IMG/VR virus record: IMGVR_UViG_3300022200_000019 | Location: 124,001 to 188,000 of that record | Reading direction: 5' to 3' (one strand) | Length of the DNA: 64,000 bases | Shown: positions 56,222 to 64,000 of the stretch, one piece after another | Layout of the letters: every line of letters begins with the position of its first letter | Position numbering within the stretch: position 1 is the first letter of the stretch | The notes under the pieces: generated by a model | What the model was told of the DNA's origin: nothing | The model's input: the letters and a program-made list of their open reading frames with translations, nothing else | Databases searched by the model: none | Made by a program: the position numbers and the translations under genes

Positions 56222-56491
56222 ATGCGTGCCACAGAATTTTTAACAGAATCTTATCCAACAGTAACAATGAATTACCAGCAGTTTCTCGTTGAAGAACCTG
56301 TAAAAAGTTCATGGATTGAAGATTTATCTTATGTTGAATTCAAAGACGGATCTGGTGGTGTAAACATGACCACAAAGGGTGGCCGCACTTATTTTATCGA
56401 AGACGTACCATACGAAGTCTACGAACGCTGGTTAAAAGCTCTTAGCAAAGGCAAATTCTGGTGGTCAGACATCAAATACTTCTATACTTAA
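56222..56491 (+). CDS. KTSC-domain protein with CTS-like leader
   Basis: MRATEFLTE; VKSSWIEDLSY...GRTY...VP..VY..W..A.SKGKF...IK..Y. Confidence 0.8.
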   Translation: MRATEFLTESYPTVTMNYQQFLVEEPVKSSWIEDLSYVEFKDGSGGVNMTTKGGRTYFIEDVPYEVYERWLKALSKGKFWWSDIKYFYT

Positions 56492-56509
56492 TACCCGCAT
56501 AAATAGTAG

Positions 56510-57835
56510 ATGCGAGCAAGAGATTTCATTCTACTAGAATACAAGCACGACGTTACGATGAGAAACTATGGTGAAAAGTTTCGCGATCGCATGCTTGGCG
56601 ATATGACCATTACTGCTAGTACTCAGAGTAAACTAGAAGATGCTAAAGCTAAAGGCATAGGTCCGTCCAGTGATACGTTCACTCCAGGCTATCTAAGAAG
56701 AATCGAACAATCAGATCCAACTCCAAATCGAGAATACACACAGTGGATGGTGCGTAGTTATATTAACCGTGTTGTTAATTATTACGAAGACGTATTATCT
56801 ACACTTGCGGGCTTTGCTGGTATGTTTAACGAGCTTAAAATACATCGTCGTTTACCAGAAAAATATCGCGACATTAATCAAATCAAAACTCGAGAAATCT
56901 TTCGTGATGCTTATCGAGCAGTTGCTGATCGATATGAAGAATTCCGCGACGAACAGCAAGAACAGAAACCACTAAGCAAAGGCCACGCACAAGAAGTCTA
57001 CAACGGACCAGAAGTGAGAATCATCCATCCTGTAGACCAAGCGGCTGCTTGTTACTATGGGCAAGGTACACAGTGGTGTACTGCTAGTACACGCAGCCAA
57101 AATTACTTTAATGATTACAACAACGAAGGTCCGTTATTAATACTAATTCCCAAGAAGCCAGCGCATGAAGGCGAGAAATATCAATTACATGCTGCTAGCG
57201 AACAAGTTATGGACGAGCATGACAGTTCTGTTCCAATGGGTCACGTAGTAAGTAGATTCCCCAATACCAATCTTGGAGAGATTCTAATTAAATTTGATCC
57301 TGAATGGAAAGACTTTGCAGAACTAATGCATCCAGATGATCTTAAACGAATTGTTCGTTTGTATAACCAAAGACTTGTAAACTTTAACAAATGGATCTTG
57401 GATCAATACACCCAAAACAGCTCAATGTCAAAACAGCAACAACAAGAACTAAAAGCTGCTGCGGAACGTGCTGGTTGGCCAAACGCTGGTACATTCACAT
57501 ACGATCAGTTTGCTGAATATCTACGTACTGGATCTATCCATTCTAAGGAACGTTTTATAAGAACACTAGTTGATCTATCTTATGATTTATTAATCCCGCA
57601 TTTAAGAAGCAATGACGCTCTTGAGCAGTTTGACAAGACTCCTAGAGATGTTTTAAATACTCAAGGAATGGTAGGATTAAGCAAAAGAAACTTTGTTCAA
57701 ACATGGACAGTATTATTAAATGACTGGAGAATTCGGTTTAGTGATGAAGATCCAGATTGGGCAACATATGTTGGGCCTACTAACAACAGCATGTATAATA
57801 ACGCAGTAGGGTATACCGATTGGAGTAGCCGATGA
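56510..57835 (+). CDS. CTS-leader paralogue 1 (DPTPN / YYGxGTxWCTA family)
   Basis: MRARDFILLE; shared core with three downstream genes. Confidence 0.85.
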   Translation: MRARDFILLEYKHDVTMRNYGEKFRDRMLGDMTITASTQSKLEDAKAKGIGPSSDTFTPGYLRRIEQSDPTPNREYTQWMVRSYINRVVNYYEDVLSTLAGFAGMFNELKIHRRLPEKYRDINQIKTREIFRDAYRAVADRYEEFRDEQQEQKPLSKGHAQEVYNGPEVRIIHPVDQAAACYYGQGTQWCTASTRSQNYFNDYNNEGPLLILIPKKPAHEGEKYQLHAASEQVMDEHDSSVPMGHVVSRFPNTNLGEILIKFDPEWKDFAELMHPDDLKRIVRLYNQRLVNFNKWILDQYTQNSSMSKQQQQELKAAAERAGWPNAGTFTYDQFAEYLRTGSIHSKERFIRTLVDLSYDLLIPHLRSNDALEQFDKTPRDVLNTQGMVGLSKRNFVQTWTVLLNDWRIRFSDEDPDWATYVGPTNNSMYNNAVGYTDWSSR

Positions 57836-59166
57836 GAGCTCGTGAATTTATCGTAGAATATAAACGCGACATTACCATGAAAAACTGGTACGACAAGATC
57901 TTACGGCAACAAATGGTCGATAAAACCTACACCACACACGCTCAAAATGAAATCAGAGATTGGCTGGAAAAACGTGCTCGAGGAGAACTAACTCAACTTG
58001 AACAAGAGTTGTTAGATCAATCAGTCGAAATGATAGTAAGACAATTTGAATCTGCAGATCCAAGTCCAAACAAACAGTATGTACAATGGATGTTGCGTAT
58101 TTGGACCAATCCAAATGGTGTTGGCAGAATCGAAGATGTTACGTCCACAACAGCAGAAATGCTACACAAGTACCACGAACTAAAACAACGCAATCGTTTG
58201 CCTATTGACATTCGCGACATTAACCAGGTTAAGGATATGCGAACACTGGAAAAGTTGCACGATGATGTGGATCGTTTATATGCATTACTAGATAAAGATA
58301 AAATAGCAGCAATGCCAAAAGGCTCTGCTCGTGAAGTATATAACGGACCAGATTTTAGACTTATCGTTCCAGAAGATGAAGCAGCCGCTTGTTATTATGG
58401 CCAAGGAACACGCTGGTGTACGGCAGCAACCAAGGGTCATAATATGTTTGATCACTATAGTAAGGCTGGCCCTATCTACATTCTCATTCCTAAAAAGCCA
58501 GAGTATGAAGGTGAAAAATATCAATTACACGGCGCATCACGCCAATCAATGGATGAACGAGATCAGCCATACTATATTGGTAATTTACTTGGCAGATTCC
58601 CTGAGCTAAAAGAAATATTATTTTCTACTGATGATTTTTATAGTTGGGTTGAGATAATGCCGGATGCTTTTGTTGAGGATGGCGTTGCTACCTGGAATGC
58701 GTATGCTGCGAAACATTTTAAAGAATGGGGTCTAACACAAGTATTGACTGGTTGGACGCGAACTGCTAAGAATCGCGGCGAGATTGTGGATGTACAAAAA
58801 ACCTGGGAAAAGGTTAGAAAAGTATTGCTTGACTTGCTAGCAAATAGCGAAGTTTCAGTAGCAGACTTTTATGATGCTGCTACACAGACGCACATCAAAG
58901 GCGATACTGGTGCTACAGATGCTGAAAATGAGTTTGCTCGAATACTTTCATATGCGTGGAAGTATAACCTGATAGAAGCGTTAAAAGCCGGTTATCTGGG
59001 TGTGAATGCTAAGGTTAGTTTAGAACATCCTGAATGGGATATTACAGTTCGTGTAATAGATTCTGAAGCGAACGCCTGGAAAGATTCCACTGCCGAGTGG
59101 AGCAATGACGAGGGCTGGGAATTCTCCATTAATGATCCCGAAGATACTCGCTACAATGAGGACTAA
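57832..59166 (+). CDS. CTS-leader paralogue 2
   Basis: MRAREFIVE; DPSPNKQYVQW, ACYYGQGTRWCTA. Confidence 0.85.
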   Translation: MRAREFIVEYKRDITMKNWYDKILRQQMVDKTYTTHAQNEIRDWLEKRARGELTQLEQELLDQSVEMIVRQFESADPSPNKQYVQWMLRIWTNPNGVGRIEDVTSTTAEMLHKYHELKQRNRLPIDIRDINQVKDMRTLEKLHDDVDRLYALLDKDKIAAMPKGSAREVYNGPDFRLIVPEDEAAACYYGQGTRWCTAATKGHNMFDHYSKAGPIYILIPKKPEYEGEKYQLHGASRQSMDERDQPYYIGNLLGRFPELKEILFSTDDFYSWVEIMPDAFVEDGVATWNAYAAKHFKEWGLTQVLTGWTRTAKNRGEIVDVQKTWEKVRKVLLDLLANSEVSVADFYDAATQTHIKGDTGATDAENEFARILSYAWKYNLIEALKAGYLGVNAKVSLEHPEWDITVRVIDSEANAWKDSTAEWSNDEGWEFSINDPEDTRYNED

Positions 59167-59168
59167 AT

Positions 59169-60485
59169 GTGAGAGCCAAAGAGTTTTTATTAGAATATAA
59201 CAGAGACATCACCAAAAAGAACTATGGTGACAAGATTGTTCTGCGCTGGGGCGTGGGAGCTGTTAGCAGTGGATTAAGCATTCGCCGTGTACACGACAAG
59301 ATTCTTGCTGGCGAACCATTGGATGCCAACGAACAAAATGTTTATGATGAAGCAGTTGCTAACATTATTAACAAAGCAGAAATTGCTGACCCAACTCCAA
59401 ACAAACAATATGTACAGTGGCTTGTTCGTGCGTGGATCAATAAACTGCTAAGACTTGCTGAAGATATTCTTTCATCAGGCAGTGAGTTTGTTAAAATGTG
59501 GCACGAGTTAAAAACTCACCGTATGCTACCGCCAAATTACACAGACATTAACAGAATTAAAACACCGAGCGATTGGAATCAGGCCTGGGTGGATATTCGA
59601 GCAGCATACGAAAACTTCAAACCCAAGAAGCCAATGCCCAAAGGCAAGGCACGTGAACTGTTAAACAATGCGGAAGTAAGAATCGTTCGCCCAGAAAATG
59701 AAGCAGCGGCTTGCTATTACGGACAAGGCACACAGTGGTGTACGGCTGCTACAGAAACACGCAACTTGTTTGATCATTATCACAAAGATGGCGATCTAAG
59801 TATCTTTATTCCTAAGAATCCACGGTACGAAGGTGAAAAATATCAACTGTGGGTCAATAACGACACTGGTGGATATCAGTTAATGAACGAACAAGACGAT
59901 CCACTTGAATACGGCCTAGAAGAACTAACAGACAGATTTAATACATTAACTTATGAGATTTTAGAAAAACTACATCCAGCACTAATGAAACATCCTGAAT
60001 TTAACACTGAAGAATTTGAGTCAGTTAAACGGCAAATTGCTGTTAACCTATTCAAAAATGGATACTTCAAATTAGCATATAGCGATCTAATTAATATGCT
60101 TGATGATTCATTTGACGAATACGACAAAGATTCCATTAATTATATGAAAGAAATGTTTATGGAAATGGAAGCTGAAGTGTTGCGAGCTATTAACAATGTT
60201 GGATACGATGAACTCGCATTTAATGATCCTGGTGTAACATTCCCTGAGTTACCCAATGCTGTATTTAGATGGCTTGAATACATGACTGATGACACCAACA
60301 TGTGGGGCGATTGGGCTGACGACGAATATATGGTAGGCTTTATCAGCAACATTGAAGCCTGGTTTAACAGACAAACAAATTGGGACAAGCGTAATCAGAA
60401 TCAAACTCTGATACCGTACTACAGCATCAAACAAGACGAAAAAACTGGAAAGTGGGAAGTAGAGTACGAAGGCCCGTGGACATGA
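59169..60485 (+). CDS. CTS-leader paralogue 3
   Basis: (GTG)RAKEFLLE; DPTPNKQYVQW, ACYYGQGTQWCTA. Confidence 0.85.
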   Translation: MRAKEFLLEYNRDITKKNYGDKIVLRWGVGAVSSGLSIRRVHDKILAGEPLDANEQNVYDEAVANIINKAEIADPTPNKQYVQWLVRAWINKLLRLAEDILSSGSEFVKMWHELKTHRMLPPNYTDINRIKTPSDWNQAWVDIRAAYENFKPKKPMPKGKARELLNNAEVRIVRPENEAAACYYGQGTQWCTAATETRNLFDHYHKDGDLSIFIPKNPRYEGEKYQLWVNNDTGGYQLMNEQDDPLEYGLEELTDRFNTLTYEILEKLHPALMKHPEFNTEEFESVKRQIAVNLFKNGYFKLAYSDLINMLDDSFDEYDKDSINYMKEMFMEMEAEVLRAINNVGYDELAFNDPGVTFPELPNAVFRWLEYMTDDTNMWGDWADDEYMVGFISNIEAWFNRQTNWDKRNQNQTLIPYYSIKQDEKTGKWEVEYEGPWT

Positions 60486-61885
60486 GAGCAAACGATTTAA
60501 TTTTTGAATACAAGCGTGACGTAACCGTAAAGAATTATACTGACAGACTGATTGATCGTATGATCAGCGATGGCAGTGTCGAACGTATGACGTTTGGCGG
60601 CAATGGATGGGGTTACACCACAGATGATATGTTTGATATGGTTCGCGGCATTCAGTGGCAGAATCAACCGCCGTTGACTCCAGAAAAAGTAGAAGCAGCC
60701 AAGGAAATATTTGCGAGAGGTGCTATTACACAAATTGAGCAAGCAGATCCTACCAGTAAAAAAGCCTACACAGAATGGTTGGTAATGGCATATATCAACA
60801 GTATATTTGTGCGTTGGGAAGACATATTCTCAACTGGAACTGATTTCTTAGCAATGTATAACGACCTAAAGCAACGCAACTTATTTAATAAAGTCGATAC
60901 TCTTAAAGCAGTATCAAACATTAAACAAATCAACAATCGCGAAAGATTTAGATGGGCATATACTACAATTTCAAACGCACACGATTTTTATCTCGGTCAA
61001 ACCACAGACATTGATCGCGGCGATGCTGAAGAAATCCACAACGGACCAGAAGTTCGTGTACTAAAAGTAAACGATCAAAAAGCAGCGTGTTATTATGGAC
61101 GCGGCACAGAATGGTGTACAGCAGCAACACGTTCTCGCAATATGTTTGATCACTATAACCGTACTGGAAACATATACATATTCATTCCTAAAAAGCCACA
61201 GCACGACGGTGAAAAATATCAGTTCTGGGCAGGCGACGATGGGCGCAACGTTGATATTCAACTAATGGACGAACACGACGAGCCAGTAGATTTTGAAACC
61301 TGGGACAATCGTTTTCCAGGATTGGGCATCAAATACTTGTATGATCTTGAACCTAAGGTATTGAGTCAGTTTGTTATGTTTAACCGAAAGCGATTTGATT
61401 ATATCATAGCCGAAGTTGTTGAACTTTTACAAAACAACTGGAAATGGGATGTCGTTGCTGACTGGGAGCATGACGATGATTATTATTGGCAATGGTTGCG
61501 TGACGAAGGTTACATAGATGACGAAGGCGACTTTGATGATGATAAAATGGAAAAAGACGGCATAAACTATCTAGAGTTTAACGACGATTTGCGCCGAGGA
61601 CTAAACGACGTGTTTGACGCTTTTGAAGAACTTACACCGTCAGAACTCAATAATTTTTATAGTGATGACAATGGTGGACCATTGGACTTCTACCGTATGA
61701 TTGATACCTTAGGTGACTGGATAGAAGATCAAGCCGGCAGTCACTATGAAAGTTTATTCAAAGATGCCGGTAATTTCATTGCCAATAATATTGGCAGTTA
61801 CTCAGATAAGGAAGGTAACTTTAAGGTAGATCATGTTGCTAATATTCGCGGTACACCTTATCTAGCGCATCCAGCTAGACGATAA
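60482..61885 (+). CDS. CTS-leader paralogue 4
   Basis: ATG 60482, MRANDLIFE; DPTSKKAYTEW, ACYYGRGTEWCTA; acidic C-terminus. Confidence 0.85.
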   Translation: MRANDLIFEYKRDVTVKNYTDRLIDRMISDGSVERMTFGGNGWGYTTDDMFDMVRGIQWQNQPPLTPEKVEAAKEIFARGAITQIEQADPTSKKAYTEWLVMAYINSIFVRWEDIFSTGTDFLAMYNDLKQRNLFNKVDTLKAVSNIKQINNRERFRWAYTTISNAHDFYLGQTTDIDRGDAEEIHNGPEVRVLKVNDQKAACYYGRGTEWCTAATRSRNMFDHYNRTGNIYIFIPKKPQHDGEKYQFWAGDDGRNVDIQLMDEHDEPVDFETWDNRFPGLGIKYLYDLEPKVLSQFVMFNRKRFDYIIAEVVELLQNNWKWDVVADWEHDDDYYWQWLRDEGYIDDEGDFDDDKMEKDGINYLEFNDDLRRGLNDVFDAFEELTPSELNNFYSDDNGGPLDFYRMIDTLGDWIEDQAGSHYESLFKDAGNFIANNIGSYSDKEGNFKVDHVANIRGTPYLAHPARR

Positions 61886-61915
61886 ACTAAATACTATATC
61901 AAAGAGAAAAATATC

Positions 61916-62494
61916 ATGAACTTATCCGAAGAACTCAGAAAATATGCCAATATCTTAAATGAAGAACGCACAGACGAATACTTTGATTATGGCGACGATG
62001 CCGATACCAGCAATGAACCAGCAGGTATGCCGTTTTATAAACTGCCTGCAAAAAGTTCAGCAGTAAAAATCACAAATAAAGCGCACCAAGCCGGACTAAA
62101 CACAGTTGAGTTTCAAGGACAATATCTGAGTGTTTCGCCTAACCAAGCCGATCGGCTGGAAGAACTAATGCGTGCCATGCGCATGCAGTTTACGCCGGTA
62201 ACGGGTGTTCCTGATTGGGGTGCAGATGATTCACATCTAAGTCGCAAAGAACGTGCTCGTGGCATGCCATATAAATTTAGCGAAAACAAATCGGTAATTC
62301 GTAAAAGATTTCCCAAATTAGAAAAAGCAATTATTCAAGATCAAGATCCAGAGTTGGCATCTCTGTATGCCATAAAGGTAATCGGAGGCAGATGGCCCGA
62401 AGCAGAACCAGTGATTGCCAAAGATTCAGAGTCGGCATCTCTGTATGCCCGATATATACTCAAAGGTCCTTGGCCCGAAGCAGGGATCAAATGA
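61916..62494 (+). CDS. Candidate head protein with 26-aa C-terminal repeat
   Basis: MNLSEELRKYANILNE; ASLYA..(V/I)..G(R/P)WPEA x2. Confidence 0.75.
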   Translation: MNLSEELRKYANILNEERTDEYFDYGDDADTSNEPAGMPFYKLPAKSSAVKITNKAHQAGLNTVEFQGQYLSVSPNQADRLEELMRAMRMQFTPVTGVPDWGADDSHLSRKERARGMPYKFSENKSVIRKRFPKLEKAIIQDQDPELASLYAIKVIGGRWPEAEPVIAKDSESASLYARYILKGPWPEAGIK

Positions 62495-62904
62495 GAGCAA
62501 GAGAATTCACATCTGAAGCAGATATGACACGTAGAGATTTTCTCAAACGTGCAGCAGCAACACTGGCAGCACCAGCAGTAGCAAAGGCTGGTCCTCCGGT
62601 TAGTGACGAAACTACCCAAGCAGTTGATCTAGCACAAGATCCAAACTGGATGCCACTATACAAAGACGGCGAACCAGTTACTGCTCCTCCATATGCTCAA
62701 GAGTTATATGGCAAGGGTTATCCAAAAGATACAGATTATCGTCCCGTTGATCCAATTGATTCGTTTGAAAAAGACCCAGACGTTCAGAGATTCTATGATC
62801 TCAAAGCAAAACGTTGTTTGGCAAACCGTGGCACACCAGTAAAGGATGCGCAAGGTAACATAGATTGTACGCAAGTACGTGGTAAAGCATCGCAAACATG
62901 GTAG
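62491..62904 (+). CDS. CTS-leader protein with Tat signal
   Basis: ATG 62491; MRAREFTSE-ADM-TRRDFLK-RAAATLAAPAVAKA. Confidence 0.8.
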   Translation: MRAREFTSEADMTRRDFLKRAAATLAAPAVAKAGPPVSDETTQAVDLAQDPNWMPLYKDGEPVTAPPYAQELYGKGYPKDTDYRPVDPIDSFEKDPDVQRFYDLKAKRCLANRGTPVKDAQGNIDCTQVRGKASQTW

Positions 62905-62910
62905 AGGTTG

Positions 62911-63150
62911 ATGGGAAAGATATTAAAATTTCCAACTGAAAAAACTTTTACTTGTATGCTGCCAGACGACTGGGCAGACCCAGAAAACCCTACGCAATAC
63001 GAAATCGCTAACACAATGCGCACATTACGTCAGATGATGACAGAGTGCGAAAAAGAATATCACAAAACACAATCCCCTGCGTTAACTGTACAAATCAATA
63101 AAATTAAATCCTGTATACAGTTAATGTACAGTTATTATCGCTCAGACTAA
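62911..63150 (+). CDS. Hypothetical protein
   Basis: SD GAGG; MGKILKFP. Confidence 0.65.
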   Translation: MGKILKFPTEKTFTCMLPDDWADPENPTQYEIANTMRTLRQMMTECEKEYHKTQSPALTVQINKIKSCIQLMYSYYRSD

Positions 63151-63190
63151 CCTGTATAAATATTTTTAACATGTAGCACAGGAGTCTACC

Positions 63191-63430
63191 GTGAGCGATG
63201 ATATCTTTGACGACATTGAACTCACAGGCATTGAACGCTTTAATAGCCACTTGAACGAGGATATCAAAGACCGTGCCTATCGCTATGTTACACATAGTCC
63301 AGAGTACCACAGAGTACCTCTTAGCGAACTCAGAAGAATACGCAGCAAAGCAAAAAAACTAAAAAGAAGCTATAAAAAACAACAACGCAAGCAATCTCAA
63401 GACATTTCCAAACGCTACGGCGGTCGTTGA
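63191..63430 (+). CDS. Basic hypothetical protein
   Basis: TATAAATA 63155, SD AGGAG, GTG start. Confidence 0.7.
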   Translation: MSDDIFDDIELTGIERFNSHLNEDIKDRAYRYVTHSPEYHRVPLSELRRIRSKAKKLKRSYKKQQRKQSQDISKRYGGR

Positions 63431-63449
63431 TTACTAGCATAAATACTGT

Positions 63450-63770
63450 ATGAAAGATACAGTATTCGTAAAACTCTGTGTGGATTTACACTGTGACTGG
63501 CAGGGGTTGCCACCAGATTACCGTATCTATGTGGACAATGAATTGTTTGCTGAACGCACTTATCGTTGGGAAAAACCTGTATACCTGACAGAAATTCTTC
63601 AGATTAATGCAGTGCCTGACACAGAATATCTGGTCACACTGGACGATTTTGCACCACAGATTGCAAATTTCAAGATGTCAAACCACAGAGTTGAATATTG
63701 TGACTTGCCTGTGGAATTTAACAAGTGTAAAGACAAAAAATTTAGGTTTAAAGTTAAAAATGAAAGTTAA
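63450..63770 (+). CDS. Hypothetical beta-rich protein
   Basis: TAAATA 4 nt upstream; YRIYVDNELFAERTY. Confidence 0.75.
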   Translation: MKDTVFVKLCVDLHCDWQGLPPDYRIYVDNELFAERTYRWEKPVYLTEILQINAVPDTEYLVTLDDFAPQIANFKMSNHRVEYCDLPVEFNKCKDKKFRFKVKNES

Positions 63771-63897
63771 TGAGATAATTTCAGAAATGACCAGTGCTGG
63801 TGCTGTTGCCGCAGTAGCGCAACCATTAGGCGGCACAATTAGTCGTAACCAGGGCGTATATACCAAACCAAAAAAGAAAAAGAAGGGTAAAAAATGA
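63760..63897 (+). CDS. 45-aa CTS-leader basic peptide
   Basis: MKVNEIISE-MTSAGAVAAVAQP...KPKKKKKGKK; ATG 63760. Confidence 0.7.
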   Translation: MKVNEIISEMTSAGAVAAVAQPLGGTISRNQGVYTKPKKKKKGKK

Positions 63898-64000
63898 ACG
63901 ATCCACAAATGAATAATATTCTAGCACGACTCAATTCTGTTGGCACTAAACCAGCAAGTGCATCCAATAACCGTAGTTCTAGCGCAGGCGACCCGGCCAT
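63894..64000 (+). CDS. Partial CDS (runs off window)
   Basis: ATGA overlap; MNDPQMNNILARLNSV... open to the end. Confidence 0.6.
   Translation, partial: MNDPQMNNILARLNSVGTKPASASNNRSSSAGDPA

Noticed and set aside
56510-61885. Diversity-generating retroelement behind the paralogue variation
   Set aside because: No reverse transcriptase in the window and no near-identical TR/VR pair differing only at adenines was seen.

Overview
This window is part of a large lytic tailed-phage (T4-like/jumbo myovirus-type) genome, not a bacterial chromosome. Evidence: dense, almost entirely + strand ORFs; a T4 gp9/gp10-type baseplate N-terminus; a gp44/RFC clamp loader; T4-type late promoters (TAAATA/TATAAATA); strong sigma70 early promoters. 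Layout: (1) 1-13 kb, early region of about 45 small ORFs, a tRNA-Trp and a candidate structured ncRNA. (2) 13-27 kb, amidinotransferase, IF-1, baseplate/virion genes, MazG-like protein, a DnaE fragment that stops just before the catalytic motif, GroES, clamp loader, nucleotidase, radical SAM, PhoH. (3) 27-37 kb, auxiliary metabolism: TctA/TctC-like transporter with ferritin-like, glutamine amidotransferase and methyltransferase genes, Amt, and PstS with a Pho-box-like array. (4) 37-43 kb, SGNH protein, APS-kinase-like protein, DnaJ, ClpA. (5) 43-64 kb, the most interesting part: at least 13 genes share a 8-10 aa N-terminal leader (MRAxEFxxE / MKVxEIIxE / MNLxDxxxE) resembling the T4 capsid-targeting sequence. 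Their cargo includes a ParB+GNAT fusion, a kinase-like domain, a KTSC domain, four tandem paralogues with a conserved core and divergent C-termini, and two twin-arginine (Tat) signals located just behind predicted prohead-protease sites; a nucleotidyltransferase with a variant leader heads the cluster. I infer a cassette of head-packaged, protease-matured, co-injected effectors. Many late genes also have TAAATA 4-7 nt before the start codon with no Shine-Dalgarno, suggesting leaderless late mRNAs. All family calls come from motif recognition by eye; no database searches were run.
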